A DNA stretch of 64,000 nucleotides from Escherichia phage AV118: sequence record OR352948.1. The stretch is one strand, 5' to 3'. Below, in pieces: positions 1 through 9,160 of the stretch (position 1 is its first letter; each line of letters starts with the position of its first letter). A program made the position numbers and the translations under genes. The notes under the pieces were generated by a model. It worked only from the letters and a program-made list of their open reading frames with translations, made no database searches and was not told the DNA's origin.

Positions 1-325
1 TTGTGAACACATCATGGTTTTGGCAAAGACGAATATAATCCTGTTCATAAACGTCAAGAACCGAGTCCGCATCTTGTCGAATACGTCCGTAAACCCAGTT
101 ACTAATATATCCACGGTCTAACAGATAAATCTTAGTAGGGTCTAAATAATTCAACATCGTTTCGAAACAGCCAACTTCATTTCGAGACTTAACATCGAAA
201 CGTCCATCAACTGTTCGTTTAGGGAAATCAATCTTTACATATCTTTCACTAATTTCCATTATGTCATTAATGAAAGTTGTTTTACCAGCATTATCCGGTC
301 CATCTACTAAAATAATTTTAGCCAT
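1..325 (-). CDS. P-loop nucleoside/nucleotide kinase-like protein (N-terminal part; gene runs off window edge)
   Basis: Manual minus-strand translation from ATG 325..323: MAKIILVDGPDNAGKTT (Walker A) ... LLDRGYISNWVYG (DRY-like kinase motif); truncated at position 1. Confidence 0.5.
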   Translation of the reverse strand, partial: MAKIILVDGPDNAGKTTFINDIMEISERYVKIDFPKRTVDGRFDVKSRNEVGCFETMLNYLDPTKIYLLDRGYISNWVYGRIRQDADSVLDVYEQDYIRLCQNHDVFT

Positions 326-326
326 T

Positions 327-1226
327 TTATTCCTCGATTACGACATCTTCATATTTAGGTATATTATATGGTGAAGAAATTAAAGCATTAAAGTAGATGA
401 ACTCACCAAGACCTGGATGAAATACTTCTTCAGGATTTTCGAAATATTGAATCTTCGGACGTCCTTTAAGAATTTGATAGTACTCGGTTTTAGTTGGTTT
501 AAAAATTCGAATCAACGCTTCTTCAGGATACTTATTTCTGTCAAAGCTATTATTTGGATCTGTTATATAAAGCGGTTGACCTAATTGAATTGCGCATTCA
601 ACAACTTGTTCAAAACGATAGCATGGGTCACTAATTCGAAATGGATGAAAAATACCATCTAGATTAATAGGAGCCAAATCACCTACAAGACGCTGCATGA
701 TGGAAGGACGTATAACTTTCTGCGTTACGATAATCTTATTACCATCTGCACCTGCGTTAACCAGCACTTCTTTTTGACGTTCATTCAACACAGTTGTTTG
801 GATTGAACGATTAACCGACAATATGTCGGTTTTTAAGAATTCGTCAATATAAAAACGTGGTTTATTAGGGTCTGCGGTGATATTGAAATTGAATTCTACA
901 TCAAAAGCGCCGTCATATCCAGTGATATCTGTGATTAGAAAATCACAATCATAATAAGCAATTAATGAATCAACCACAAATTCATTTTCAGACCAGAAAT
1001 ATTTACGAGTGTTATACGCGTTATCTTTATACCATAATGGAACAAACTTAAATTCTGGAAAAAGACGTTCGCATTCTTTAATATCAGATGCATTACGTGG
1101 ATATGTAATCACATCACCCGGATTAGCACGGTGCAAATGAAGTTGGAAGTTGCCATCCTTAAGGATAGCATACTGTCCAGTTTCATAAGACCGCATACTC
1201 AAGATAGGTACGCGGAAAATAGCCAT
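327..1226 (-). CDS. hypothetical protein at the T4 beta-glucosyltransferase position (candidate DNA-sugar transferase, unproven)
   Basis: 299-aa ORF, ATG start overlapping gp42 stop (TAATG); no motif I can assign with confidence; possible DxD-like DCD near residue 93. Confidence 0.5.
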   Translation of the reverse strand: MAIFRVPILSMRSYETGQYAILKDGNFQLHLHRANPGDVITYPRNASDIKECERLFPEFKFVPLWYKDNAYNTRKYFWSENEFVVDSLIAYYDCDFLITDITGYDGAFDVEFNFNITADPNKPRFYIDEFLKTDILSVNRSIQTTVLNERQKEVLVNAGADGNKIIVTQKVIRPSIMQRLVGDLAPINLDGIFHPFRISDPCYRFEQVVECAIQLGQPLYITDPNNSFDRNKYPEEALIRIFKPTKTEYYQILKGRPKIQYFENPEEVFHPGLGEFIYFNALISSPYNIPKYEDVVIEE

Positions 1227-1942
1227 TAGTCAAGGAATCCTTTAACATAATCAAAATCACGTTCAAACACATGGGCACTTACCATGGTATGAGTATAATC
1301 ACCAACTTCTACACCACATTCGTTAGCGATATAATGAAGTAATTTTCCTTGGAGATAAAAATCCAACTGCATAACAACAGCACAGTTCTGAGAACGCATA
1401 TGACAGTGGGTATAAAGCTTACCATCACGAATATAATAAGTCACTGAGTCAGTACATGGATATTCAAGCGTTTCGTCTGAATCAAGCAAAGCCTGATCAG
1501 AACTTTCTAGAATTTGGAACACAACTCTTCGGGAGTTAGGCTTCTCTTTAAGTTCTTTTAGAAGAGCTGGTAATTGAGCCGCAATGCGAGGACCATAGAA
1601 AGTGTTGAAGTTCGCCGGCAAAACATCTGATTTTGGTTTAGAAATAAATTTAGCGACATTAGGATATGCCTTAAACGCTTCTTCTGCATTGGTACCACCA
1701 GAAATCATAAACTTCCAGAAGTCTTCGGCATATTCATAAGAGATGCGGTTAATACGTGGGTCGGTCATTTTGAATGTCGATGGAGTGTCAACAACTACTG
1801 TCATAGACCCAATTTCATTACAACGTCCAATACGAGAATCAGTTACGAATTCCGGGTTTTCTAAAATTTCACGATTGACTGCTTTAAATGCGGCTTGAAA
1901 ATCTGCGGCTTTGATATATTTCATTGTGTTATGTTTTCCCAT
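1226..1942 (-). CDS. 42: dCMP hydroxymethylase
   Basis: 238-aa ORF, thymidylate-synthase-like core with PCTDS catalytic-Cys region; size and position as T4 gp42; SD GAGGTAAAC before ATG. Confidence 0.8.
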   Translation of the reverse strand: MGKHNTMKYIKAADFQAAFKAVNREILENPEFVTDSRIGRCNEIGSMTVVVDTPSTFKMTDPRINRISYEYAEDFWKFMISGGTNAEEAFKAYPNVAKFISKPKSDVLPANFNTFYGPRIAAQLPALLKELKEKPNSRRVVFQILESSDQALLDSDETLEYPCTDSVTYYIRDGKLYTHCHMRSQNCAVVMQLDFYLQGKLLHYIANECGVEVGDYTHTMVSAHVFERDFDYVKGFLD

Positions 1943-2124
1943 GTTTACCTCAATACAATTTATTATATACTCAATTTGTAAAGCTTATTTGAATTTCTTG
2001 ACAATGTTGATATAACGTAAAGCTTCAGCATCGATACTTCCAAGAACACTATGAAGAAATGCGTCAGCGTAGTATTCCAATTGAACAGGTTTCTTTAATC
2101 ACTTTAGCCGCTTTAGTTTTAAAC

Positions 2125-2145
2125 AGGCCCATCAGGGCCTTTTTA
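2125..2145. terminator. GC-rich hairpin AGGCCC-ATCA-GGGCCT followed by T5 (orientation ambiguous)
   Basis: Inverted repeat plus T-run read directly; lies between gp42 and the 391-aa gene. Confidence 0.3.
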
Positions 2146-2221
2146 AGAATTTGTTCGTTAGTGTTCAGTTTAATAGTCAAAATCTCTTCGTTAAGTTTAT
2201 AATTAAAAGTTTTTCTAGAAA

Positions 2222-3397
2222 TCATTCCGGGTACCTCAAAGCGTCATCAGAGTTAGTTATATCAATAATAGATATAGAGTTTTCTGCTAACCCGTTTTTA
2301 GATAATTGACGTTTATAATATCTTTCACAATATGTACACGTCGTCCCGCAGATTTCATTAGCACAATCGAAATCTGGATGTCTGAACCACCTTTTTTCTA
2401 AAAAGCCATCTAACAAAGAGGTTTCAATATTTACTGTATGTGAAAACTCAGTTTCGTTTTCAAGAGTGAAAATGGTCTCTAAAGGCTTCCACAGTTCTAA
2501 CAAATTACCTTCAAACTTTTCAGAAGCGTATGCTTCAAGAACTTTCAAAATGTAGTCTGTGCTACCTGTACGTCCTGAAACTTTGAATTGAGTGATACCA
2601 ATATCATTATAAAGTTTCAAATCTTGAGGACGAACAAAACGAGTTCTCAACCAGTTAAATGGGTCTGTATCACGAGCTTTAATACAGTGCTGCATAGGAT
2701 ATCCGTTTAAGGATTTAGCATCATCAGCTGTAACATCAGTACTATGGAAAATATAGCAAGAGTCACGATAGCTACAATGTGTTGTATACCCTTTACCAGC
2801 ATTAGAACAGAACTCATTTACAAGAACTTCAAATATTATATTGTTCTTATTGCAAAACTCTGCTGCACGCTTCAGGAAAGAAACTGAACGGTTCTTATGA
2901 ATTCCACAGCAGACCTTTTTGATATTATATTGGTCATGCAAGTATTTGATTTGAGTTACAGCATCGACATGTAGAATTGTTGAAACTTCAATCTCAATGT
3001 CTTTATTGACTTCACGAACAATTTCCATAACAACAGGGTTAGCGATAGTAATACGCCATACGCCTATTGACCAAAGATACTGAACATAATCCTGAATAGC
3101 TTTCTTCTTCCACTCAACTAGTTCTCTTTTTGAACCAGGATTTATCGTGTTGAGTGTATAGTTAAAGCAAATACCTAATTCGTTACAACGTTTAACGTAA
3201 TCTTCTAACATCTTTTTGTCAACGTCAGGAAGCCTAAAATCAGGTCTGGCTGCTACAAAAGCCATTTCTCTTGTAGAGCCGTATACTTCGTTTATCAAGC
3301 TATTAGGATAAGTTTTATTGAGCTCTACGATTTTATCAAGAAGAGCTAAATCAAAATTCGTTCCAATTTTAAAAGTATTCATTTTTTTGCATCTCAC
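2222..3397 (-). CDS. Cys-rich protein of unknown function (weak peptidase-U32-like / Fe-S enzyme resemblance)
   Basis: 391-aa ORF; Cys cluster FCSNAGKGYTTHCSYRDSC and C-terminal CANEICGTTCTYC; start may be internal Met (MNTFKIG). Confidence 0.6.
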   Translation of the reverse strand: MRCKKMNTFKIGTNFDLALLDKIVELNKTYPNSLINEVYGSTREMAFVAARPDFRLPDVDKKMLEDYVKRCNELGICFNYTLNTINPGSKRELVEWKKKAIQDYVQYLWSIGVWRITIANPVVMEIVREVNKDIEIEVSTILHVDAVTQIKYLHDQYNIKKVCCGIHKNRSVSFLKRAAEFCNKNNIIFEVLVNEFCSNAGKGYTTHCSYRDSCYIFHSTDVTADDAKSLNGYPMQHCIKARDTDPFNWLRTRFVRPQDLKLYNDIGITQFKVSGRTGSTDYILKVLEAYASEKFEGNLLELWKPLETIFTLENETEFSHTVNIETSLLDGFLEKRWFRHPDFDCANEICGTTCTYCERYYKRQLSKNGLAENSISIIDITNSDDALRYPE

Positions 3398-3438
3398 GTT
3401 AATTGATGCGATGGTTTTTGCAGGTCTTACTTAAATTA

Positions 3439-3840
3439 TTATAGATTCGGTTTATATGATTTAAATGTTTCGAATTCGCCTTTATTCATAAGAGCTTTGA
3501 ATTCGTCAGGACGCATAGCTTTGTCGTCGATAATCCAATCATATACTGGTTTATGTGTTAGCAAATTATGGTACTTCAAACCAATGTTTTCCAAGTTCTG
3601 AATCAGACTTGGGAGAATGTCAATTGCTATACGTCCAGGACCTACTGACTTCATACCGCGAGCAGTGTAAAGCGTTATGGTATGCCCTGCATCATACAGG
3701 GCATTAATGGCAGACACCATTTCGACGTCTGGTTTGAAGTTCACGTAATCACGATTGTTATTCCACTCTGTTATACAATCATCGACATCAAAACAAAGAT
3801 TAAGCATGTTTTCTACACGGTGCATTAGATTCGTTCCCAT
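3439..3840 (-). CDS. HAD-superfamily phosphatase-like protein (putative sugar-phosphate phosphatase)
   Basis: 133-aa ORF; N-terminal FDVDDCIT (DxD motif I-like), LYTARG, HKP, IIDD motifs in HAD order. Confidence 0.55.
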   Translation of the reverse strand: MGTNLMHRVENMLNLCFDVDDCITEWNNNRDYVNFKPDVEMVSAINALYDAGHTITLYTARGMKSVGPGRIAIDILPSLIQNLENIGLKYHNLLTHKPVYDWIIDDKAMRPDEFKALMNKGEFETFKSYKPNL

Positions 3841-5510
3841 TGATGAGTGATATCGCCACCGATTGGACGATAGGAAACACCAGTTTCTTTATCAGTTAGT
3901 ACCCATTTACCAGGATTTTTTGTAATCAGAGTAGCCGTTACAGGTTCTGCTACGTCATAACTAATAGAGCCGTCTTGAAGTACACGGCCCATATTACGTA
4001 ATTGCTTAGTCAGAAGTTCCATACCTTTATAATATGCGGCTACCGCTTTAAGTGGATTATTCTTGAAATAACCACCTAATGCAATCCAGATAATTGCCAC
4101 TGCCAAATGATGATACTCGTTAAACGAACTCATCTTTCCATATTTGTAAACTAATGGATTGATGTTAATAGTCACATTACAAGTTGTTTCATCAATAGTA
4201 AACTGTCCCCAGGTCGGATTAGCATTGAATTCATCATAACCTGAAACAGCATAAAGCACTTTAGCTTCATCATACAATTTTGGCCCGTAAATCTTGGTTT
4301 CGCCAAAATATCCACGAGGGTCGATAAACTTGACTTCGCCGTTATCAGTAATCATAGTATTACTGAAGTTCGGGTCACCATGAATAACAGAGTACTGTCC
4401 CTGAGAACGGTTATGATAACGAATAAGGTGTTCTAAAGCTTGTTTCAGCATTGGCTTCAGACGTCCAATCTTAGTGTAGTTCACATGTGTGATTTTACCA
4501 AATGAATCAATCAATGGTTGAATGCTTTCACAACGATCAATAACTTTCGTATAGAATTCTTTAGTGAAATCACGACGAACAGTTTCAGGACTTACAAAAT
4601 AAGTGTCTGTGCTGAATTTCAGTGCATCTAAAATTGCATCAACAATTTGTGGACGAGCAAGACTTGATTTGGATTTAATATATTCAAATGCCGGCTTACC
4701 TTTAATGCGTTCCATTTCAAAGTTATTTTCATTAACAGAAACTAACTGAGGAACTGAATCTGATTTCACTTTCAAATACCACGAAATCTCATCTTTCTGA
4801 AGAGCTCGACCCTGTTCGGTTAATGCGAATTTAGTTACAGTTTCTTCACCAATTTCAACTGCATTAAAACTACGATTAAGTTCACGAACTTCATGAGCCT
4901 TTTCAAGTTTAGGCATATCACCAAGGTCGATGATATTCATAAGCTCTGATTTATTGAATGCGCCACTGTAAAGGAATTCTACGAAATCACGTCCTTTGCA
5001 GTATTCATGAATTTCCTCATCAGTAGAACCCATATAGAATTCCCAGTCTTTGAACTGATAAATTCCTACAACATTACCACCTGTTGAACCTACGTTAGTG
5101 ATATTTTCACCGTCGAAATTATATCGACATTCGTCACCCTTAACATAGATTGCATTAACATTCCAAGACCATGAACCAAAATCGGGAATAATATCACACC
5201 AGTTAACAATTACGTTATGGCCGTCTAAATCTTTGTGTAATTTAGCAAGAGCATAAGCAGAACCATACGCTTCATCAACTGTACGAATAGTCACATTGAA
5301 CCCTTCTTGCTCACAATAAGCTCGAACAGTTTCAGCAAATTTTGAATGAACTACTACAATAATTTCATCTGCGCCAAGGTCAGAATAAATTGTATACAAA
5401 TTGCTCAGAATAGTGTCTTGTTTATAGTTAACAAGCACCTTAGGAATATGATGCGTTATTGGATACAAACGAGTTGCCAGTCCAGCACCAAGAATAACAG
5501 CTTTTTTCAT
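3825..5510 (-). CDS. bifunctional sugar-1-phosphate nucleotidyltransferase / sugar kinase (APH-like kinase domain)
   Basis: 561 aa; N-term ILGAGLATRLYPIT..PK (GxGTRLxPxT NTase signature); C-term VIHGDPNFSN...FIDPRG (Brenner kinase motif); SD GAGGA 7 nt upstream. Confidence 0.8.
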   Translation of the reverse strand: MKKAVILGAGLATRLYPITHHIPKVLVNYKQDTILSNLYTIYSDLGADEIIVVVHSKFAETVRAYCEQEGFNVTIRTVDEAYGSAYALAKLHKDLDGHNVIVNWCDIIPDFGSWSWNVNAIYVKGDECRYNFDGENITNVGSTGGNVVGIYQFKDWEFYMGSTDEEIHEYCKGRDFVEFLYSGAFNKSELMNIIDLGDMPKLEKAHEVRELNRSFNAVEIGEETVTKFALTEQGRALQKDEISWYLKVKSDSVPQLVSVNENNFEMERIKGKPAFEYIKSKSSLARPQIVDAILDALKFSTDTYFVSPETVRRDFTKEFYTKVIDRCESIQPLIDSFGKITHVNYTKIGRLKPMLKQALEHLIRYHNRSQGQYSVIHGDPNFSNTMITDNGEVKFIDPRGYFGETKIYGPKLYDEAKVLYAVSGYDEFNANPTWGQFTIDETTCNVTININPLVYKYGKMSSFNEYHHLAVAIIWIALGGYFKNNPLKAVAAYYKGMELLTKQLRNMGRVLQDGSISYDVAEPVTATLITKNPGKWVLTDKETGVSYRPIGGDITHQWERI

Positions 5511-5551
5511 GTTGAAGTCCTCATTGGTAAGTAGGAGTATTGTACACTATT

Positions 5552-5695
5552 CTAGTTAAAGCATTCATACTTTGCTTGTAGTCCAATCATAATCCATCCA
5601 ATTACAAGTGTTGGAATCATTACCGGAGCCGTTAAGCTCCAGTAGATAGTCATGACAAGCATCAATAGTAAAAGTCCTATTGTTATTGCTTTCAT
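5552..5695 (-). CDS. small hydrophobic membrane protein (47 aa)
   Basis: Manual translation MKAITIGLLLLMLVMTIYWSLTAPVMIPTLVIGWIMIGLQAKYECFN; ATGA start/stop overlap with upstream SIS gene; below ORF-track size cutoff. Confidence 0.35.
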   Translation of the reverse strand: MKAITIGLLLLMLVMTIYWSLTAPVMIPTLVIGWIMIGLQAKYECFN

Positions 5696-6327
5696 TGTTC
5701 GCCTCGTAACATGGCACCTAGTGCACCGCCTGGATGGAACTTAAGGAAATCATTAGAGGTAAATCCACGTTCAGACGAAAGGTTGATAGCAAACGTATCG
5801 ATAAGCGCTAACAACAATGTAGTGGACATTGTCGGAGCTAAAGAGTTCTCGTCAACTTCTACCGCGATACCAGTACAGAACGTATAATCAAAAAGAGCTT
5901 CGTATTCTTGTGGAATGTCAGGGTTACAATGTAACAGAATCTGTTTAACCTGAGGACGAATCATACGAAGATGTTTAGCAACACCTATCATTTCTTCAGT
6001 CTTACCAGAACGACTGATGTGAACTAATACATCATTAGGTGCAATAAATCCTGCGTCACCATGAGAATAATGCCCAGTGTTCAAGTACATACTTGGGATA
6101 CCGAGTGAAGCAAAAGTCTCGGAAGCTTTAGTTGCGATATTAGCGTTCTTACCAACACCTGTAATAATTACCCGGCTTTCATAATTACTAAGTCCAGGGC
6201 GTCGAAGAGTTTCTAGAATAGCGTTATAACGAGCAGGGTTTTGACTAATTACTTTAGCCATAGTGGCAAGAGATGAAGCTTGTTTTACGATTGCGTCAAT
6301 AGCGATAGTGATTGGTGTAGTTTTCAT
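5692..6327 (-). CDS. SIS-domain sugar-phosphate isomerase, KdsD/GutQ-like arabinose-5-phosphate isomerase
   Basis: 211 aa; ITGVGKNANIATKASETFASLGIPS, SHGD, ISRSGKT, LAPTMSTT, HPGGALG motifs match KdsD SIS domain. Confidence 0.8.
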   Translation of the reverse strand: MKTTPITIAIDAIVKQASSLATMAKVISQNPARYNAILETLRRPGLSNYESRVIITGVGKNANIATKASETFASLGIPSMYLNTGHYSHGDAGFIAPNDVLVHISRSGKTEEMIGVAKHLRMIRPQVKQILLHCNPDIPQEYEALFDYTFCTGIAVEVDENSLAPTMSTTLLLALIDTFAINLSSERGFTSNDFLKFHPGGALGAMLRGEQ

Positions 6328-6367
6328 ATTTCTCTCATTTAATTAGTTGGCCGTCCTTGGCATTATA

Positions 6368-9079
6368 TCAAAAATCAAACATATCGAACAGAGATGCTTT
6401 CTTCTCGTAATCGAGTTTAGCTGCTGATGTGAATCCTTCAAGTGGTTTAATAAATGTCTTCTCAAGGAGAACAGTGTAGTCCATCCAATGAAGTACATCG
6501 TCTTTAATTAAATCTGTGATTTCAGTACCAGAAGGCCATGCGATACATTTATCACCGAATGGGTTTCCTTCACGTAAAGGCAGAACATATACTTTTTCAC
6601 CTTCTACAACTTGCGGTGCATCGATATTACCTTTGATAGCCCGGTTATACGTCAGAATTCCACGAATATGGAACGGGCATTTAGGACCAGGGAATCCACC
6701 GACATCATATTTAGCAATGTTATTCGCAGAAGATACCGACGCGATGCTAATATAATTCAATTGACGGAATTCTTTTTCAAACTCTTTAAAATATTCTTGT
6801 AATGATTCTTCACCTTCTTGAAGCATACGACGAATACATTCTTTAAGAGCTTTCTGTACTGCTTTAGGGGTCGAAGATTTCTGAGTCTCTAGACCCATGA
6901 TTTTGAGTTTAGGCTCAGCGTAACGAGTGCCTTCCATATCCCACACGTTTAATGCATAACGTTTCTTACCAGTCCAGAATCCACCAATACCTTTAGAACC
7001 GAGCGGAGGACCAGCGATAGCTTCTCGGTCCATGAACATTAAGTGTTGTTTATTGTTCATGTATTCACACATTTCACGGAAACCTCTATCAATAGCTGGT
7101 TCCATACGTTCACGTGCAAACTTATCTAAGAAGTCTACCCAATGGTTGGTATCACGGAATTTAGATTCACCAACCTTATCGATAATTTTATCAGCAGATA
7201 CGTAAATAGAGTCTGTATCACCATAAAGAACGAAAGCTTTACCTTCTGTACCACAAACTTCATTCAGATATTCATTAACTTTACGTTCAATCCACTGTAA
7301 AGCCATTTGCCCGAATGTTGTGATTGCAGTAGCATTACGCAAATCATAATAACGGAACCAAACGTTGCCAAGTGCACCATAAAGTGAGTTGATAAGCAAT
7401 TTACGGTTAATTTGTGCAGTCATACCTGCAACTTCAGTACGTTGAGCTCTAAACAACATTTCATTAAGAGATTTAGCAGACAACTTTTTAATCTTTTCTT
7501 TAATCTCATCACTGAAGTCGAAACGATAATCAACATCTAATGGTTCGTCAATAGAAAGATTAGGATTATGCAATGCCTCTTTAATTATTTCACCATTACG
7601 TTGAGCTGCAAGCATGTAACCTTTATGTTCTTTACGTTGATTAAAGACCTTAGTGATTTCAGTTGGAACTACACCATCACGGTCTTTATAATACATCATG
7701 CCGTTAGGAGAGCAACTGTACACATCTGAAGGACGTTCAGCGATTGCGTTAATATAATCATGCAATGGAGCTACTTTAAACGTTCCTGCTATTGTTTCCG
7801 GGCTAATATTCACTTGGCGAATAATACTTGGATACAGAGATGTAAGGTCGAAACTCATTACATATTTGTATCGATTTGGAATAGGTTCCTTAACAAAAGC
7901 GCCAGGATAAGGTTGAACCGGGTGAGAACGACCTTGTGGAATCACCTTGTTTTGTTCTTTAAGGCTATTAAAAATAATAGCATCCCAAGTTTTAATTGGA
8001 CTGAACACAGATTGAATCTGAATTTTAGCATAATAACCCATGTCCAAGCTCAAGTTGATGAACTGACGCTTAGAATCAATTTGCAATACACGATACACGT
8101 CGATAATGTTATAAGAAATATATCGTTGGTGATTGCTTTCACGAAGCTTAGAAATAGGGCCGTCATATTTCAGTTTACCAACGTTCAATTCAAATTCTGA
8201 AATGTAATCCAGAGAATACGACGGTTGATTGGTAAAAGAGAATTTTTTGTAAAGGTCAATGTAATCAAGAACAGAGATACCGAACAATGTAATGATTTCA
8301 CGAGAACCATACATGTTTTCGATAACTTTAACACGAGTTTTACGATGTGGCGATAAACGTTTCGCAGTAGATTCGCCAAAAATATTCTTGATTCGGTTAT
8401 ACACATATGGAATATCAAATGACTCAACGTTCCATCCGGTTAAAATGACAGGAGTTTTCTGTTGCCAGAAATTGAGATATTCCATCAATAATTCTTTTTC
8501 ATTATCAAACGGCATATAAACAATTTTGTCGATAATTTCGGATGGAACTTCATCACCACCTTGTTCTTGAAGCTTAGCCGCAATTTCGATAGACCATTCT
8601 TCTACATTGCCGTATGGAGAATTCAAAAGGTCAAATACGTAGAACCTGTCGTCAATTGAGTCATAATGGGTGATAGCATCAATCGGATGTTTTGCTTGTG
8701 ACGGCTCAGGGAACCCGTCCGGAGATGTTACTTCGATGTCGAAGTTAGCCACACGAATTTTTGTATGGTCGTATTTGATTTCATAGTTATAAGTGTCAGA
8801 CAAATACGCCAATTTGAAATCGTCCATGCCAAGTGCTTCAAGTCCGATATCTTCCATGCGTTTAATCCATTGGGAGGCATCACGCATATTAGCGAACAAC
8901 TTACGAGTACACGGCTTACCGTAGATATCGAAATATTTCGTAGCCTGACTTTCCGGACAATGAGCAAACAGTGATGGTTTATATTCTACTTCACGAGTAC
9001 GTTCACGGCCATTAGAATCGATGTAACGTTCAAAAATTGAATCACCAATCTGTTCAACCGTTAAGTAAAATTCTTTCAT
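6368..9079 (-). CDS. 43: DNA polymerase (family B, T4/RB69-type)
   Basis: 903-aa ORF; exonuclease FDIE, polymerase motifs DLTSLYPSII, KILINSLYG, YGDTDS; SD AAGGAAA upstream. Confidence 0.97.
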   Translation of the reverse strand: MKEFYLTVEQIGDSIFERYIDSNGRERTREVEYKPSLFAHCPESQATKYFDIYGKPCTRKLFANMRDASQWIKRMEDIGLEALGMDDFKLAYLSDTYNYEIKYDHTKIRVANFDIEVTSPDGFPEPSQAKHPIDAITHYDSIDDRFYVFDLLNSPYGNVEEWSIEIAAKLQEQGGDEVPSEIIDKIVYMPFDNEKELLMEYLNFWQQKTPVILTGWNVESFDIPYVYNRIKNIFGESTAKRLSPHRKTRVKVIENMYGSREIITLFGISVLDYIDLYKKFSFTNQPSYSLDYISEFELNVGKLKYDGPISKLRESNHQRYISYNIIDVYRVLQIDSKRQFINLSLDMGYYAKIQIQSVFSPIKTWDAIIFNSLKEQNKVIPQGRSHPVQPYPGAFVKEPIPNRYKYVMSFDLTSLYPSIIRQVNISPETIAGTFKVAPLHDYINAIAERPSDVYSCSPNGMMYYKDRDGVVPTEITKVFNQRKEHKGYMLAAQRNGEIIKEALHNPNLSIDEPLDVDYRFDFSDEIKEKIKKLSAKSLNEMLFRAQRTEVAGMTAQINRKLLINSLYGALGNVWFRYYDLRNATAITTFGQMALQWIERKVNEYLNEVCGTEGKAFVLYGDTDSIYVSADKIIDKVGESKFRDTNHWVDFLDKFARERMEPAIDRGFREMCEYMNNKQHLMFMDREAIAGPPLGSKGIGGFWTGKKRYALNVWDMEGTRYAEPKLKIMGLETQKSSTPKAVQKALKECIRRMLQEGEESLQEYFKEFEKEFRQLNYISIASVSSANNIAKYDVGGFPGPKCPFHIRGILTYNRAIKGNIDAPQVVEGEKVYVLPLREGNPFGDKCIAWPSGTEITDLIKDDVLHWMDYTVLLEKTFIKPLEGFTSAAKLDYEKKASLFDMFDF

Positions 9080-9137
9080 TTAATTTCCTTTAGACGAGTT
9101 ATTGTCTTTTGTTTGTTGATGAACTTATTATACTCCA

Positions 9138-9157
9138 AATGGGACCGAAGTCCCATT
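9138..9157 (-). promoter_or_regulatory. stable hairpin (8-bp stem, UUCG loop on mRNA) upstream of gene 43; candidate translational operator/RNA element
   Basis: AATGGGAC-CGAA-GTCCCATT inverted repeat in regA-43 intergenic region. Confidence 0.35.
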
Positions 9158-9160
9158 GCT

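Noticed and set aside
5346-5534. 62-aa plus-strand ORF
   Set aside because: Entirely antisense to the well-supported nucleotidyltransferase/kinase gene; no SD; low-complexity translation.
6516-8519. Several plus-strand ORFs (6516..6755, 6611..6802, 7760..8200, 8292..8519) and minus-strand 8185..8427
   Set aside because: All nested within the DNA polymerase gene on the opposite strand or in an alternative frame; AT-rich genome gives chance ORFs.
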